Source: Hydrolagus affinis (lineage: Eukaryota). Taken from it: a stretch of 64,000 nt of DNA. The position numbers were made by a program, and so were the translations under genes. The stretch spans positions 62,001-126,000 of the forward strand of contig JAAILG010000132.1 in the NCBI GenBank assembly GCA_012026655.1. Direction: 5' to 3'. Positions 1 through 13,522 of this stretch are shown one piece after another (positions within the stretch are counted from its first letter, which is position 1; each line of letters starts with the position of its first letter). Below the pieces are notes generated by a model. It was given only the letters and a program-made list of their open reading frames with translations, ran no database searches and had not been told where the DNA came from.

Positions 1-3000
1 AGTGGAAAATCAGTCAAAATGTCCAATGTGTATTGTTAATTGTAGCTTTTACTCCTAATAATAGTGGGGGTTTTTTCCAGATGCCAAACCAAACATCAGG
101 GATTACTATGGGAAGATGCCACTGCACTACTGGAAAGGGAGTGAAGATTTATTCAAGCCAGCTTCATTGCAGTCATGTAAGTCTCAGCGTTCTCACTGGT
201 TTTTTTCCTTTTCCACTTGTCAGTCGTAGGAAAGGACAAGCAGAAATAAAAGTGCGGCAGATCATTAAAAAAAGGGAAAGAGAGCTCCAGATGGTGAAAA
301 TAATGTACAATTGACCTTCATATTACTGATAGGGAACACACTTCATTATTAAAACTTTTGGTTAAACCGTCATGAACTAACTATAGTATTAACTCTTAGA
401 TGGACAGGGGCTGTTGGCTCTAGGATTTGGTATAAGTGTAAAATTAAGCACTTTACTGTTGAAGTTTTTAGACATTTTGGTTAATTACTTTTTCAGAAAT
501 TGTACTCTCCTTCAGATCCATATTTCAAGGCTACTAAATTACTTTCTGATAGTATTTATTTTCTTTATTTTAGAAGGGTTTCACATATGTTGTTTTCTCA
601 CAAAGAATAGAACTTAGCAGCACTCATACGGTTAAAGACGACAGGATCATTATTTCTTTTACAAAACTGAAACAATTTTTTAAAAAAACTGTTAAATTTG
701 TCTGTGTGAAATGATGCCTGGAGCGCTATTCTTTGTATATGAGTTTGACAAAGAAATATAATGTTATGCAAAAGAAGTTTGTGTAATTTGAAATTAATCA
801 GCATTAATATTGTATATGGTGTAATTTATCAAGATTTGTTAATGACTTTCTTGATTTGACAGCCTTCATCATGGGGTGGGTGTGGGGGGGAGAAAGGAGA
901 AAGGGAACTCCAGTGCAGAGCATATTATCTGGACAATGAAATGACATGATTTGGAGATCCTGAAAATCTTTTAGTTTTATACATTCTCTAAGAATATTAG
1001 AATAATCATCCATTCAAATTAATTTTTTTTTTGGAGGGGCTCTCGAAGTTTCAGTGTTACCTATCTAAAATGTAAAGTTTTATATTGTGATTTGTCAAAC
1101 AATATGACAATAGTAGATTCTAAATGTCTATTTCTTTGTCATAAATAAAATGTTTTCATTTATTTTTAAATGTCTTTGCCCCCTCCCCCACCCCCTTGTT
1201 GACAGCATTTGGGCCCATGTAGGGACAGTTGATGCTGTTTTCTACTAATCTTTCATTTAATAAAGTTTGGATTTCATCATATTGTTGAAGGAACGCATTT
1301 CAAGGCGATACTTTATAGATCAACTATTATTTGTCTGTATCCTTCAGTTAATTTTCCAAAAAAACAAATAATGAAAAATTAGAACTTTTCAACAATGATT
1401 TATTCATCTGTTGAAATTGCAGTGCTATGGAATTCTGTGGGGAAAAGAACTCATTATAGAACAAGTTTTATTTCCTTAAAATAAAAGCATGTGCCTTGGC
1501 ATACAAAGCACAGGAATGATATTATGACTTTCTCATTGTAAAATAAACATGCTTCCCTATGCATAGGCCAATTCTCAAGTTAACACTTTAAGCAGGCAGC
1601 GTGAACATTATATTAACAATAATTCAACATTACATAAACCTAAAGATATGCTGCATGGAAATATTTAAGTGAAGTATAGAATGTGCCTTGGTGTAACTGA
1701 GCTACATGTGTAAACTAGATTTGCAGGCATACCAAAATTAAAGCAAGCTGAACATAGTAGTTTGTCTGGCAGACTGAGAAAATACATGACTGCATATTGG
1801 TAGCAAAATAATCTCAGTGCTATTCTTACTTTATACATAATCTGCCACATTCTTTAAAATAGATCAAGGGTATTATTGTGTAAAAGACCTGCAGCAGCCA
1901 AAAATTACAGTTTCTTATATATAGGTGGTAGTCCACAGTTTGTAAATAGACTGACGTGATTAAATTAGACATCTACATGAGCATGTAATATAGATTATTG
2001 CAGTCCTGAATTTTGTGGCCAAAGCTTGGAGGACTTGCCCCCAAGAGTCTGGTGTGCAATAAACAACAAATATTTTAATATAACTGTTATCATTAAGTTA
2101 TAGAACTCATAACTTCCATAAAAACAAAATAAATGCTTAATGCCAAGAATTTATTGTATTCTCCGACTGTCGGATTAAACGTGCCAGGCAAGTCAACAAG
2201 AGGTACTCAAAGCTAATCATTACGAGGATTTAGGGACTGATTTCAATTCACTGATGTTTAGAATGGAAGCAAACACATTCAGCACATTATAAAAATGGCA
2301 CAGAAGCTATTCAGTAAATTCATGCTCAACCACCAAGTTTCACATTTTGGTGCAATGTATAGTGCTCGAGTCTTCAAATCCAATGAGCTGTTACTAAGTA
2401 GCATTTATTCAATGCTTTATTTCTTCCAGACAATTTTCATAGAAGTTCTAAAGGAGTATGGTGGTGGTGTTTTTAGTTTCAACAGGGAGTGAAACCAATC
2501 ATTTCACATTACTCATGCTTCTCTCCATTTAATTACTGAATGTTTCTCAAGTTAGTTTCTTTTATCGAATACTTAGCTTACCCAGGTGGCAATGACTTGC
2601 AATACTCAGTATTATGGGCAAGTCATTGTTTGTGAAGTCCTATTATAGACTATTTCATTTCAAAAACCAATCTTTTCTCTTTGACGATAGGGCAGCAGGA
2701 TTATGAGCCCCGAGTTACATGATTTACAAGAATTCATCACAGAAAATATATCTGACTGTCAAACAAAGAAAATGAGTAATATATTGGAACTGTAGTTACT
2801 AGGGCTCAGTTAAATTTCACTGAATGCACTTTTGTGAATATTATAATTCCTGGAAATAGACTTGTCTTCTGCACAGGCTTCCTCTCTGTGGAAAGCAGGT
2901 AATGTGGGCTGAAGTCCGAGATTCACAAAAGGATTAGAAATTAACAAGTCCCAGATGTGTCTCAGCTGACCCTCTGGAACCCCACTCCACAGTGATTTCA

Positions 3001-3122
3001 CAGACATCCGAATTGGGATCACCATCCAAGTGGGTTTCCAGTGGACATGGGTCTGTAAAACATCCAAAATTTAGTCCCCGATACATTTAATTAGACTGCA
3101 TTACTTTGTAGTGCAGCACTGC

Positions 3123-3370
3123 AATAATAATAATAATAATCCTTGCATTTGATATAGCACTTTTCACATCTTATCAAGATCTTAAAGCACTTCACAGAAT
3201 ATACTGTAAAGTGAACAACCAATTTTATAATTGTGTGGTTTTTTTGGAGGGATTATTATTGGATGTGTGGAGCAAGGAAACTTGCCCAAGGTTTCAGCCT
3301 GATCTGCCTGGATTCGAACACAGGTCTCACACTTGTAAGGCGAGTGCTCTAACCACTGACCTACAGGACC
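3123..3370 (-). mobile_element. tRNA-derived SINE (young family, SINE2-1_CM-like), internally deleted
   Basis: (AAT)n tail on +, L2-like 3' end and tRNA A/B-box head. Lacks the ~70-bp central Deu-like segment seen in other copies. Confidence 0.9.
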
Positions 3371-6109
3371 TATCCAAAGTTTATTGAGCACTGAGTCAAG
3401 TATTACCTGTTGTCAGCAAGTTCCAGGACTTGCATGTAACCATTTAATAGATTAGTGTAACATGCCAGACTTTGCCTGATGCAAACAACGTGAACATTTC
3501 ACACTTTGCTGAAGGCAACTGCATTGATCAATTATTCTATCTTCTCAAATCCAGTGCAGGGCTCCAGTCCAAATGATTTGATTTGAAGCCTACTTGTCAG
3601 GTTTGTTTTAGACAGTAGGTTCCAGGGAGGTATTGTATTCTGTGAGTGAACATGCAAATTATTCAGATAAGTGTCGCTGCCATCACAGAAACAAGATCCA
3701 AAGTATGTGGAGAACAAGATTCACCAGTAAGTGCTCTAAGCAGTCTCATAATGATTTGTTTTGCTGCACTCATCAAGGTTGGTACAGGATTATACTTGTA
3801 GCCAGAAAAAGAGCTTGGTGCCTGTCTTGAAGTACTTCATGTCTTGTGCCCGAGTTTCAGACTTGCATTGAATGTTCAGTGTATTCACAAACGGCAACTC
3901 TAAGGCAACACCCTTAGTAAAGAGGGAAAATAGAAAAAAGAGAATAATAGAGAGGTGGGTGAAATTCACTACTCCCATATCAGTTGTTTCACTCGATACC
4001 AAAATCTCTACACACACTGCACTGACCCTGCAGGATCTCATTGTGTGTGGTTCGAGATGACTCAAATTAGATGGTTTCCTGTCTCTCCGCAGAACTCATT
4101 TTAGTTTCAAACTAAGATGGAAAAATTAAACAAAGAAACCAGAACTGAGCACTACATAACTAGCAGCAAAGAACTCCAACCTTTTGTCAGTCCTAAGATT
4201 TAAAAAAAATCAAAGTTGCAATTGTAAGGTGCAACAAATATGACTTAGATATATAGCTATAACTACATCTGTTCTGCAAATTGTATCACTGCGAATGCAA
4301 ACAACTATTGAAAGACAAATGTTATGGAATGAATATCTGCAGCACAGACTATGGATTGCAGAACAGCGCATTGTTTGGAGGCTGTGCTAAGTGTGTGTAT
4401 GGCTGATTTCGGATCGAAGGGAAAGTAGCTACTGCTATCAACTGACAGTTTAATTGCCGATACTTTGAATAGTTAAGCGCGAGTCAGTATAGTCCACAGT
4501 ACTATTAAAACAAATTTATTGATGAGCTCAAATGCTTATTGATGTGTAGAGAAAATACTGCGTAGGTTTAAGCTTCATTTCAGGCAGACATGGTGGTGTT
4601 TTAAGAATTTGCTATTCCATCATTTAATTACAAAAGTGCTTCAATTTCCTACATAAGACATTATAGGCAGCCTCATTTGCATCTTTTTCATGTCAGAATT
4701 CTGCTGTTGAGAAATAAATAACTAAATGAATTAAGCTTTTAAAATCAGGAAACAGCACATTGCTAAATAAAATATGTCACTAATTAAAATTTAGGTGGCC
4801 TCATAGCGTGGATTTTAACTTGCTCTGGATACAGCCTGCCACTAAGTTGGTATTTATTTCACTAGCTCAATGCATTTCTTTTAAGAAATATGCATCTATT
4901 ATTTAGAGCGTGTGTGTATATTTTATAAAGTTTGCTGTTCTTTTCATTAGAAATATTTCATCCTCAAAAGTGACAGAATAAGAAAAGGTTTTAATGAATT
5001 TACTATTGAGGCCATATGATTGTGATTGCATAGCCGACACCTATGACACCTGGTCAGTGGTTTTAAGGTTATGTACATATTCTTTCCATTGCTCTTTTGG
5101 GGCAGAAAAATTGCTTTGCAGAATCGCCTCAAAGATTCAATAAGATGGGAAGAGACAAATTGCAGGCGTCTGTAGATGATGGAGCTTTTCTCATTCCCTA
5201 CTTTCTAAATTCTTAAATCAGGTATTACATGCAATAGTTGCTCAAAATACCTTACTCGCAGGCTATGATTTTAATTACATTCTGTCTAAGTGTAGATTCC
5301 ATTTGAACATCTAAAATTTCAGAAGCCTAGATCTGTTACTTATACAGTGGATAATTATACACTTTGGGTAAGTATATAGAATACAGTTATTCAAGCCTGG
5401 TTTTAGCTTCCAACCTGGAAGACTATTATTATGATACTTACACACAAGTAAAACAAATCTAATTGCATTGTGTCCTTGCACAGATTGGCCTACAATAGAA
5501 GTGACGTGACACATACAGGTGGATTCAGTGTTTGGTAAACAGAACTTTGGAAACTTTGCACACTGGTTGGCATGAACATTTTGATGAATACTGCTCATAA
5601 GATATTGTGCAGCAAAACAGCACGAAATGGCAAAAAATAACTAGACAGGAGGTCAATGCTCAGGCGACCTCACCAGCCCTGTTGGAATGTATGGCCCCTT
5701 TATAACAGCAGCCAAAAGCTATACTGATCAGCTCAGTGCAATGCACTTCCAACTAAAAGCAACCACCCACAGATTCCACAAACCTACCAAACTATTACCT
5801 ACAAAACTAAAGTTTGCCCAGTAGTGTCATATAGTTTGGGAGTTTTTTTTTCATGCTCATAAGCGTTTGTTCAATGCACAATGTAGATTCTTCAGCACCT
5901 CGGGATGTCCACCCAACATGAAGGACGCAATATAAATGCAGTTCGTTGTTGTTCACTAAACACCACAATGCTCCTTTTCCCAGAAAGTAAAACGTTAACA
6001 TGCACAAAGGAACTGTTTTCACACGGGAGTGCATGAAAACAGTTAAATACAATTCTCTGCTCCGTAAAAGACTATTCTCCTTCCAAATCAATATTTTTCC
6101 TTTCACCAG

Positions 6110-6297
6110 GTGGCAAATCGACGAGTGAGGATAGGCGTGCTCGTAAGCACAACAGTTTCCCGACCCTTCTGCGAAATACTCGCTCCCGCAGCCAAAGCCG
6201 AATGGGGATGGAAATCTTGCCGTACGCAGAGATGGCTCTGCACAGTGCAGAGAAGGCATTGTTACGAAAGGGCCACTCTCCTTGTACCAGGAATTGA
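6110..6297 (+). CDS. Probable terminal coding exon of an unidentified + strand gene
   Basis: Strong acceptor atatttttcctttcaccAG (AG 6108-6109). The phase-1 reading gives (G)GKSTSEDRRARKHNSFPTLLRNTRSRSQSRMGMEILPYAEMALHSAEKALLRKGHSPCTRN ending in TGA at 6295-6297. CpGs are locally retained, many in CGN Arg codons, and thin out after the stop. The phase-0 frame is also open (to 6430), so the frame is inferred. Confidence 0.6.
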
Positions 6298-7174
6298 CGA
6301 TGGTCAAACCATTCCAAACAGCACTGCAATGTTGGGAACACAGGCACTTGCATGCATACACAATGTACAAGGCAGCTTCAAGCCGTCAATGTTTGGGTCA
6401 GGCCAACTTACACTTCTAAGTAATTTATAATGTGCTATACTCTGAGGTATTGCACAATCTCATTATCATTATTTTTTGCATATTTAACTACAGTTTTTTA
6501 ATTAGATGAATTTTATTATTCATGCACATAATTTGACTGTTGCTCATGCCACTCGCCTGTACAAAAATGCATCTTCCAAGTTTCCGGCTTGTGGTCCTAA
6601 ACTGGCAAGTGGTCCAACTCTCCACTGCAGTAATGGCTCTCTTTTAATTTAGCTAATAGCTATCATGTTATGTACCTTTATAAATCTGCTAAATTCATAG
6701 CACTGGGAGTTGCCTCTCCATGCGGTAACTGTAAGTAGTTTGTTGTGTTTGGCTTTCGCATGGAACTGTTTGCTCAGGGTATGGCTCCTTGATGTATTAT
6801 TAAAATTGGTAATGGACTCCTGGGACTCTTTCTGGTTATAAGCCTTCATTTTCAGTGTAAACCATGCGTTGTTTTCATCTTTGCTCATGATTGTTAATGG
6901 CAGTGATGATGAGCTGGGCGTTTTTTTTCCCCCCACTACCTTTATGAGAGCTGCTTTATTATGCAGTAGAAATAGCCAAGCTGCTGATTTTGTTTAAGGT
7001 TTTCAATTATTCATTTGACTGAACACATCTGTTACTGGCAAAGGCCCAAGCCATGGACCAGAGCTATTACTCGCTTACACCTGCTGAACCACAGCCACTC
7101 TTGCCGACATGTAACGTAGATTTGAACGGGTATTCTGGCTCCACTTATAAACTTTACAGATACAAAAACACAAA

Positions 7175-7268
7175 TAATATTCCTTGCACTTCATGTAGTG
7201 TCTCATCACGTCTTCGAGATGTCTTAAAGCGATTCACAGAATATACTGTAAAGTCAATTGACTTTATA
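7175..7268 (-). mobile_element. SINE 3' fragment
   Basis: Matches the family 3' end (ttcacagaatatactgtaaagt). Confidence 0.8.
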
Positions 7269-7810
7269 GTTTATGGACCAAAGATACCGATAAGCTGCAA
7301 TCATCAGAATTCCCCAGCAAGGGAGCACTTTTAGTGGATATGAACATATACACTACATTCAGTGTTACCTGAACATATACAGAAATGTTGCATTTGAGAT
7401 CATTTCTCTCATTTTTGTCATTTGAATCCACGGACATTGAGTCACTTGATACAGTAGCATTATTGGCATCCTCCCATCTGTCTGGACAAAACACTTCAAC
7501 CCAACCACCATACGAGAAAGTAAATCAAATCATTCTGGTTAGGTAATGCTGAAGTTCCCAAGAGTAAGAGCAAAAGTTTACACTTGCAGCTACGAGCACA
7601 TTTTACACTTACAATGTGAAAATCACCTCTGAGCATTCATTGCCAAAATTGCTACATTTCACTGGACAGATTGGAATGAAGAAGGTATCCCATTTAATCT
7701 CATTCTTCAGGGGAAATGCTTTGCAGCATCAAGCTGCTTCTTAAATGTCTGCCATCCTCTAAAATTACAACATTAAAGGAAATTCGACAACAGTAGTGTG
7801 CGCTGTTAGA

Positions 7811-7950
7811 CGTCAACCTGGCTCATTTGTTCTCACCGGCAAATTAGAAGGTGCTGGGTTGAAGCCCCACATTGGGACTTTGAACTCACCCAGACAGTGA
7901 GAAGCAGTCTTTGCCATTTGACTAGACGGGATTGAAACCCCTGTCTGCTA
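7811..7950 (+). mobile_element. Old SacSINE1-like SINE 5' fragment
   Basis: gtcaacctggctca...agaaggtgctgggttgaagccccac...ggactttgaactc resembles the heads at 11385 and 43696. Confidence 0.55.
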
Positions 7951-8400
7951 GTGAGAAAGAATGGCATCATAATGCACTGTAACAGCCACTCCATCCTCTC
8001 AATTACTTAAGTCAATAATTGCGGCCAGAGCCCTGCAGCAGCTTAAACTGCAAATACACACTTCATTACGAGTTGATGTTCACATGCTCTTTGGGGGGGA
8101 AGGATTTTGTAACAAATTGGACCTTCTTGAAAAATTCATTGTAAACCAGACCTTTGCTGAGCTGCTCAATTAAGGTTACTTTCTCCAAAACACACAGTGT
8201 GAGTAGATGATTCTCTGGGATTTATATTGATAAAACACAACAATATAGACAGAGCCAGATCTCAAAGAGAATCAGAAAACTGCCTAAAATTCATCAGGTG
8301 TCACTGCATACAGTGCATTATGATGCTGTTCTTTCACACGAGCAGACGAGAGGTTTAGTCCTGTCTAGGTAAATGGCAAAGACTTCTCATTGTATTTAGC

Positions 8401-8507
8401 TCACATATTTTCAGTCAAATCACCTTACAGTGTATTCTGTGAAGCACTTTGAGATGTCTAGAAGATGTGAAAAGCACTACATCAAATGTAAGGATTATTA
8501 TTATTAT
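8401..8507 (+). mobile_element. SINE 3' fragment
   Basis: ttctgtgaagcactttgagatgtctagaagatgtgaaaagc followed by (TTA)n. Confidence 0.88.
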
Positions 8508-11384
8508 ACTTCCTCTTAACATTGATGTTAATGATAACTATATTTAATAATCAGAAGTGTTAATATTGATTGCAGAAAGGGATCCATAAATTAAAAAGGA
8601 AATTAAAAAGGTACAGAAGCCTGTGATAAATGTTGAAACCTTCTGCGAGGTTTTTTTTAATGGGTGGGCAAAGTGTCCGCCGGAGCCCAGAGAAGATACG
8701 AGCCACATCTTAGCAATAGCAACCAAGCTTTGATTAGTCAGGGTCAAGGAAGGTTCAGGGATTCAAAGACACTTCCCCAAGAACCAAATAATCCACTGGG
8801 GAACAGGCTAAAAACATTTCACATTGTGGGAAAGCAGTGACCACCATGGGAAAATTAAGGTTGGACAAAGATGTTGATGTGACCCGTAGAAATAAGGTGG
8901 CGCAACATTTGGCCGCATTCAATTATTCACTCAGGATTCTTGCTGGGATATTGCACTCTCAGGGATGACTGCAAAATCGCTCAGTGGTTCCTTTTTAAGT
9001 ATTATTTATTATTTACACAACCCAGTGCCTCACTAGAGGAATTTGGCATGTCAGTTTGTGGATTAGGCAGCAAATGACGTTACACTTCACACATTTCCTT
9101 AAAATATTCATAAATCCTGAATCAAATTTACTAAAGAGCTTAATCAATAGGTTTGAAATGTTTTAATCATTTCTTGTCTCCCCCCCCACCAGACATATTT
9201 CAATGCAATGTTTATTAAGTACAGAGTTGTGCTTGAAATGAAATGCAGCATTGTATTTGTAGAGAAATCATGAGATCTTTTCATAAGCACATTTTGACAT
9301 TGATATTGGTGAGAGCCTTTTAATGGATCCAGAGAATTTCTACCTCTGCATTTTTTTTTACTAATGGTACTGTATTTCTTTAAAGTCTCGTAAGTTTTAA
9401 TTTGTTACTTGTATCTAAGTACTTTCAGATAATGCATGGCACCTCCAGAATGCTACCAGCAGTCTATTCATTGCACATGCATGGCTCTGGCTGAGCTGCA
9501 ATGGGTCATACATCAGGCCAATACAGAGCAGAACCGGGAAGTGCATTCTACCTGGAATTGATGTAGCTTTGGAAGAATGTCCGCACTAAACACATAAATC
9601 AAGATCACGAACCATCACCACTTCTTTCTCTTTGACATTTCAGCCGTTCTTTCAATGCTGAATAAAAGCCAACACCCCTGAAGACATTTTTCTGGCTAAA
9701 TAAAGAACACTCGGTGGTTTAATTCTAAGACAATCCATTGGTTTAATTGGTGACTTACTACTAAGAGATGCTTTTCACCAGCATTTCAGTGCATTAAATC
9801 TGAACAGTAAGTTTATTACTCTAGAGAGCTTTGAATTGATGAATTACCCATTTAAGCTATAATTAATACTTATGGCAGTGTTTCCTGTGATACATGCTGA
9901 ATAGGCTATTGTTAGCAGTTTGTGGAGTGGTATCTTCTTATAGTGTTATTTATCTAACTGTGATTTGTTCTGAAGTGGCCAAGTACTCTACTGGAGTGGA
10001 TAGGGGCAGTAATTTGTTTGCTAAGCCTGTCTCAGGAACCATACATCATTTGCGAAAACAAAGCCCCTTTGCAGCTGATACTATCAGCTTCCTCTATCTG
10101 TGTTCCTTTTTCCCTCTAGTACAAATCCAGGCTCTCGAAATGTTTTCATTGTGATAATTTGCGATTCTCAGGTTCCAAAAGTCAGGACAAAACTCATCAG
10201 TCTTCCACTGAACTACATTTTACTTCTCATGCATTGGTTACTGTAATGAAACTGCTTGGCCACCTTGTCCAACTCAGTCTTTTTGTTTTCAAATTTTAAA
10301 TTTTTTAAAACCCCCCAAAGTTTGCAAAAATCAATCATTCCAGCCGTGAAGACTAGGGCCTGCCACAGTATCCTTCCATATCAGAAAGTAGGCATAGTTC
10401 TAGATATCGGAGCTAAACCACACATTCCAGTAGAATAAATGATATTGCATTAATGTCATTGAAAACATGTGAAAACAAAAATTCAAATAACAATCTGCAG
10501 CTATTGCTAATGAAGGTATCACTTTGGACTTCATCACATCAAATCATGGATACTTGATACAGTTCTAACACTCAGACTAACTGTCTATAAGTTGGATCAT
10601 AGGATTAGACAACTTTCTAAATAAAATAAAACAGCTGTGGAAAAATACACCAGCAGTGGGTTAGCTGCTAAAGAACCAATTAATTTGAAATTGTCTGCCA
10701 ATGCATACATTACAAACTCTTAGAGGCATATTTTACTAAAAGCTTTGGGAAAAAATCAATCCAAGGTTTCTTAGGAAGCAATTGACAACCAAAGAAAAAT
10801 AGGCCTTGAAGTGGAGCCTGAAGACTTTAGACTCAGAATATCACATCTAACTGATGCATGTTTCAGTCTAAATTCTCATCTTTTTGACAATTTTCTTGAA
10901 ACCGGCAGTCCCACCTTTGTTTACCAGTATCAAGTGTGAAAATTGATCATCATTAAAACATTCTTGTTTACAGCAATCATCGATACCTCAAATGATGCTT
11001 TTTAAAATATTCTGCATTAATAGCGGGTTCAAATATAATAGCTAGCATCCCTACGATAGCAGGTTTTAATTTTACATTTGTAAAATCTTCGTGACCAATC
11101 CCTGGAATCTGACAATTTACTGTAACATTCAATTCCACTGTGAAATGGGAGCACATCCTGAGATGCTGTAGGGAGAACTGCTGAGGTTATTGCTATGATT
11201 ATTATTGCATTAGAGTACTGCTCTATGAATTATAAAACATATTGGGAATGTTAAATAGAAACAGAAAATGCTAGAAATGAGCAAAGCATCAATGAAACAG
11301 GATAGATTAATGTTTTGAGACCGATTCCTCATCAGAACGGATTGGTTGCTTTTTATGACTACATAAAGTCAATGCAGTTAATGA

Positions 11385-12145
11385 GGTGTCAGCCTGGCTC
11401 AGTTGGTAGCACTATTTGAATTAGAAGGTTGCAACAACAACCACAACAACAAAAAATTACATTGTTATAAAGTGCCTTTCACATCAGCAGGACGTCCCAA
11501 GGCGCCAGACAGTCATTGTTTCAAACCGAGCTGGGGTCGGGCTGGGGAGGGTGGAGGGAAATGGGGGCATTTAGGGTGACCAATGGGACCGTCAAAGGAG
11601 GGTCTTGAGGCGGGTCTTGAAGGAGACCAGGGAGGGGTGGCTGAGTGGCGAGGCAATGAAGTTGGGTGAGGATGGGGAGAGCTGGGATCACAAAGCTTGG
11701 AGCAGTGGAGGACATGGGGCACAGAGTTCTGGATTATCTGCAACCTGTGGAGGGAGGAACTGGGAAGGCCGACAAGCGTAGTCGAGCCGGGGTGTGATGT
11801 TGCAAGTTGAAACATCAAATTTGAACTCATATAATCCAGGCTGATATTCCAATACAGTGATGGGAGGGAAATGCTGCATTGTTGAGGTTGCTATCTTTTG
11901 AATGTACGTTAAACTGAGGTCCCGTTTTCCTGTTCAGTGGATGGCAAGATTCAAAGGAGAAAGGGGTTTGTCCTGAAATATTGGCCAATGATCCCCCGGA
12001 TAAAATGTCATTCACTTCATAGCTGTTTGCAGGACATTGCTGTGTGCAAATTGACTGCTGTGGTCACCTACAAAATATACTTTACAGTACATCTTGTGAA
12101 GCATTGAGAAATCCTCTGACATGTAAGGTGTTTTATCAAAAAAAA
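11385..12145 (+). mobile_element. SacSINE1-like Deu SINE split by an L2 insertion
   Basis: tRNA head gtgtcagcctggctcagttggtagcac (11385-11430). The body resumes after ~11800 with gttaaactgaggtcccg, the Deu motif gctgtttgcaggacattgctgtgtgcaaattgactgc and an L2-like tail. Confidence 0.8.
11431..11800 (-). mobile_element. L2-clade LINE 3' fragment
   Basis: (CAA)n tail on +, terminal motif gtgcctttcacatcagcaggacgtcccaaggcgc, and decayed ORF2 LHRLQIIQNSV. Similar to 60775-60969. Confidence 0.85.
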
Positions 12146-12374
12146 ATACAGCTACCCTGAACAATCTGAGAATAAGATCAGCCAGATAAATTGCAATCAC
12201 AACCCAATAAAATCAGAAAAAATAGCATTGTCCAAAATATGCACCATTGATTGTTAAATATTGTTACAAATGTTACAAAGTAACATTTTCAATTTTTTTT
12301 GAAAGAAAAATATAAACAAGCACAAAGTTGCTTTCAATGGGTTAGCAAGTAAAAGTACAAAAACCTGTTATTAC

Positions 12375-12570
12375 AGACTGATAAGAAACTCGTTGGATTT
12401 GATGCACAGTAGGTTTTAGGTTTTAATTCTGTCTGTGCTGAGTTAACTGATCTCAGCTAGAGTCCAGTTAGGGTGCTGAAATGAGCTCCTGGCAAGGTAG
12501 GGGAAATGTTAACCAGAATTTCTACTCTTGTTCTCTACCTGTTGGAAAGCGTACATTCTTTGACAAGATA
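12375..12570 (+). mobile_element. LF-SINE-like fragment
   Basis: tctgtgctgagttaactgatctcagc followed by ggcaaggtaggggaaatgttaaccaga and ctgttggaaagcg matches the LF-SINE core as I recall it. Confidence 0.7.
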
Positions 12571-12574
12571 CCAG

Positions 12575-12723
12575 ACAGCCGTTGTTGGGGACAGGCTGTA
12601 TAGAATTGGCTGCCGTGTTTCCCCCCCACAAAATATACGGTCAATTCACTTTACAGTAGATTCTGTGAAACACTGAGAAGTATAAATGGCTTTATATCAA
12701 ATGCAAGGATTATTATTATTATT
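12575..12723 (+). mobile_element. SINE 3' half
   Basis: aattggctgccgtgtt...gtcaattcactttacagta followed by (TTA)n. Confidence 0.85.
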
Positions 12724-12782
12724 AAAGCTTTAAGATCAATGTAATATACGAGGGAAAATGAGAGATCATTGGCAATAACAAA

Positions 12783-12887
12783 AATAATAATAATCCTTGC
12801 ATTTGATATCATGCTTTTCACATCTTATCAATGTCTCAAAGCGCTTCATAGAATATACTGTAAAATGAATTGACTGTATATTTGTGG
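12783..12887 (-). mobile_element. SINE 3' fragment, tail-to-tail with 12575-12723
   Basis: (AAT)n then ccttgcatttgatat...gaatatactgtaaaatgaattgactgtatatttgtgg. Confidence 0.88.
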
Positions 12888-13269
12888 TTGATTTCTTCTC
12901 ACTTATTTTTTGCAAAAAAATGTAATACCAAGTAATATTTTCCAATACATCATTGGGAATGTACACGAATGGAAAAGACATTGCCGTCTATCTGGCCAAT
13001 AATTAAATATAAACATTAAATATCACCATCTCTCTCATACCCCTCAATTGAATTATTCACCAAATAATTCCTTCTTGAATCTGCTGACACAATCCCCCGC
13101 CCTGACTTATCTTGCACAGAATCACTGTTAGGTGTAAAATAAATAAATCTGAACTCTCTTTTGAGCTTTGAGTTTCTCTCCCGTTGGTTAGATTTTTAAC
13201 CACTTTTGATATATGTGTTTAGCTCATCTTGTTTTATGGTCTTGAATAGTTCAATTAAATATTGACTAG

Positions 13270-13465
13270 GCTGCCTTCTTGCCTCTCAGTCCAAAAGTTG
13301 TGTATTCAAGTTTCACGCCTGGACTTTGAACAGAGCAGAGGTGCCATCCTTCCGATGTGATGTTCTGAATAACAACCAACTGATAAAATTGGTCATTTGC
13401 TTCATGACTGTTGTGGGACATTTCTGTGTGCAACTGGCTGCACATTTGTTCACCTGTGAAAAGCA
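13270..13465 (+). mobile_element. Old Deu SINE remnant
   Basis: gcctctcagtccaaaagttgtgtattcaag...gaggtgccatccttccgatg...gactgttgtgggacatttctgtgtgcaactggctgc. Confidence 0.6.
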
Positions 13466-13522
13466 TCAGTGTTCTACTGTTCCATAGCCTCACTCATAAC
13501 TGAGTTGCCTAATTCCAGCTAT

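Noticed and set aside
5807-6370. 187-aa and 93-aa minus-strand ORFs
   Set aside because: No recognisable domain or splice support; best explained as the antisense shadow of the + exon at 6110.
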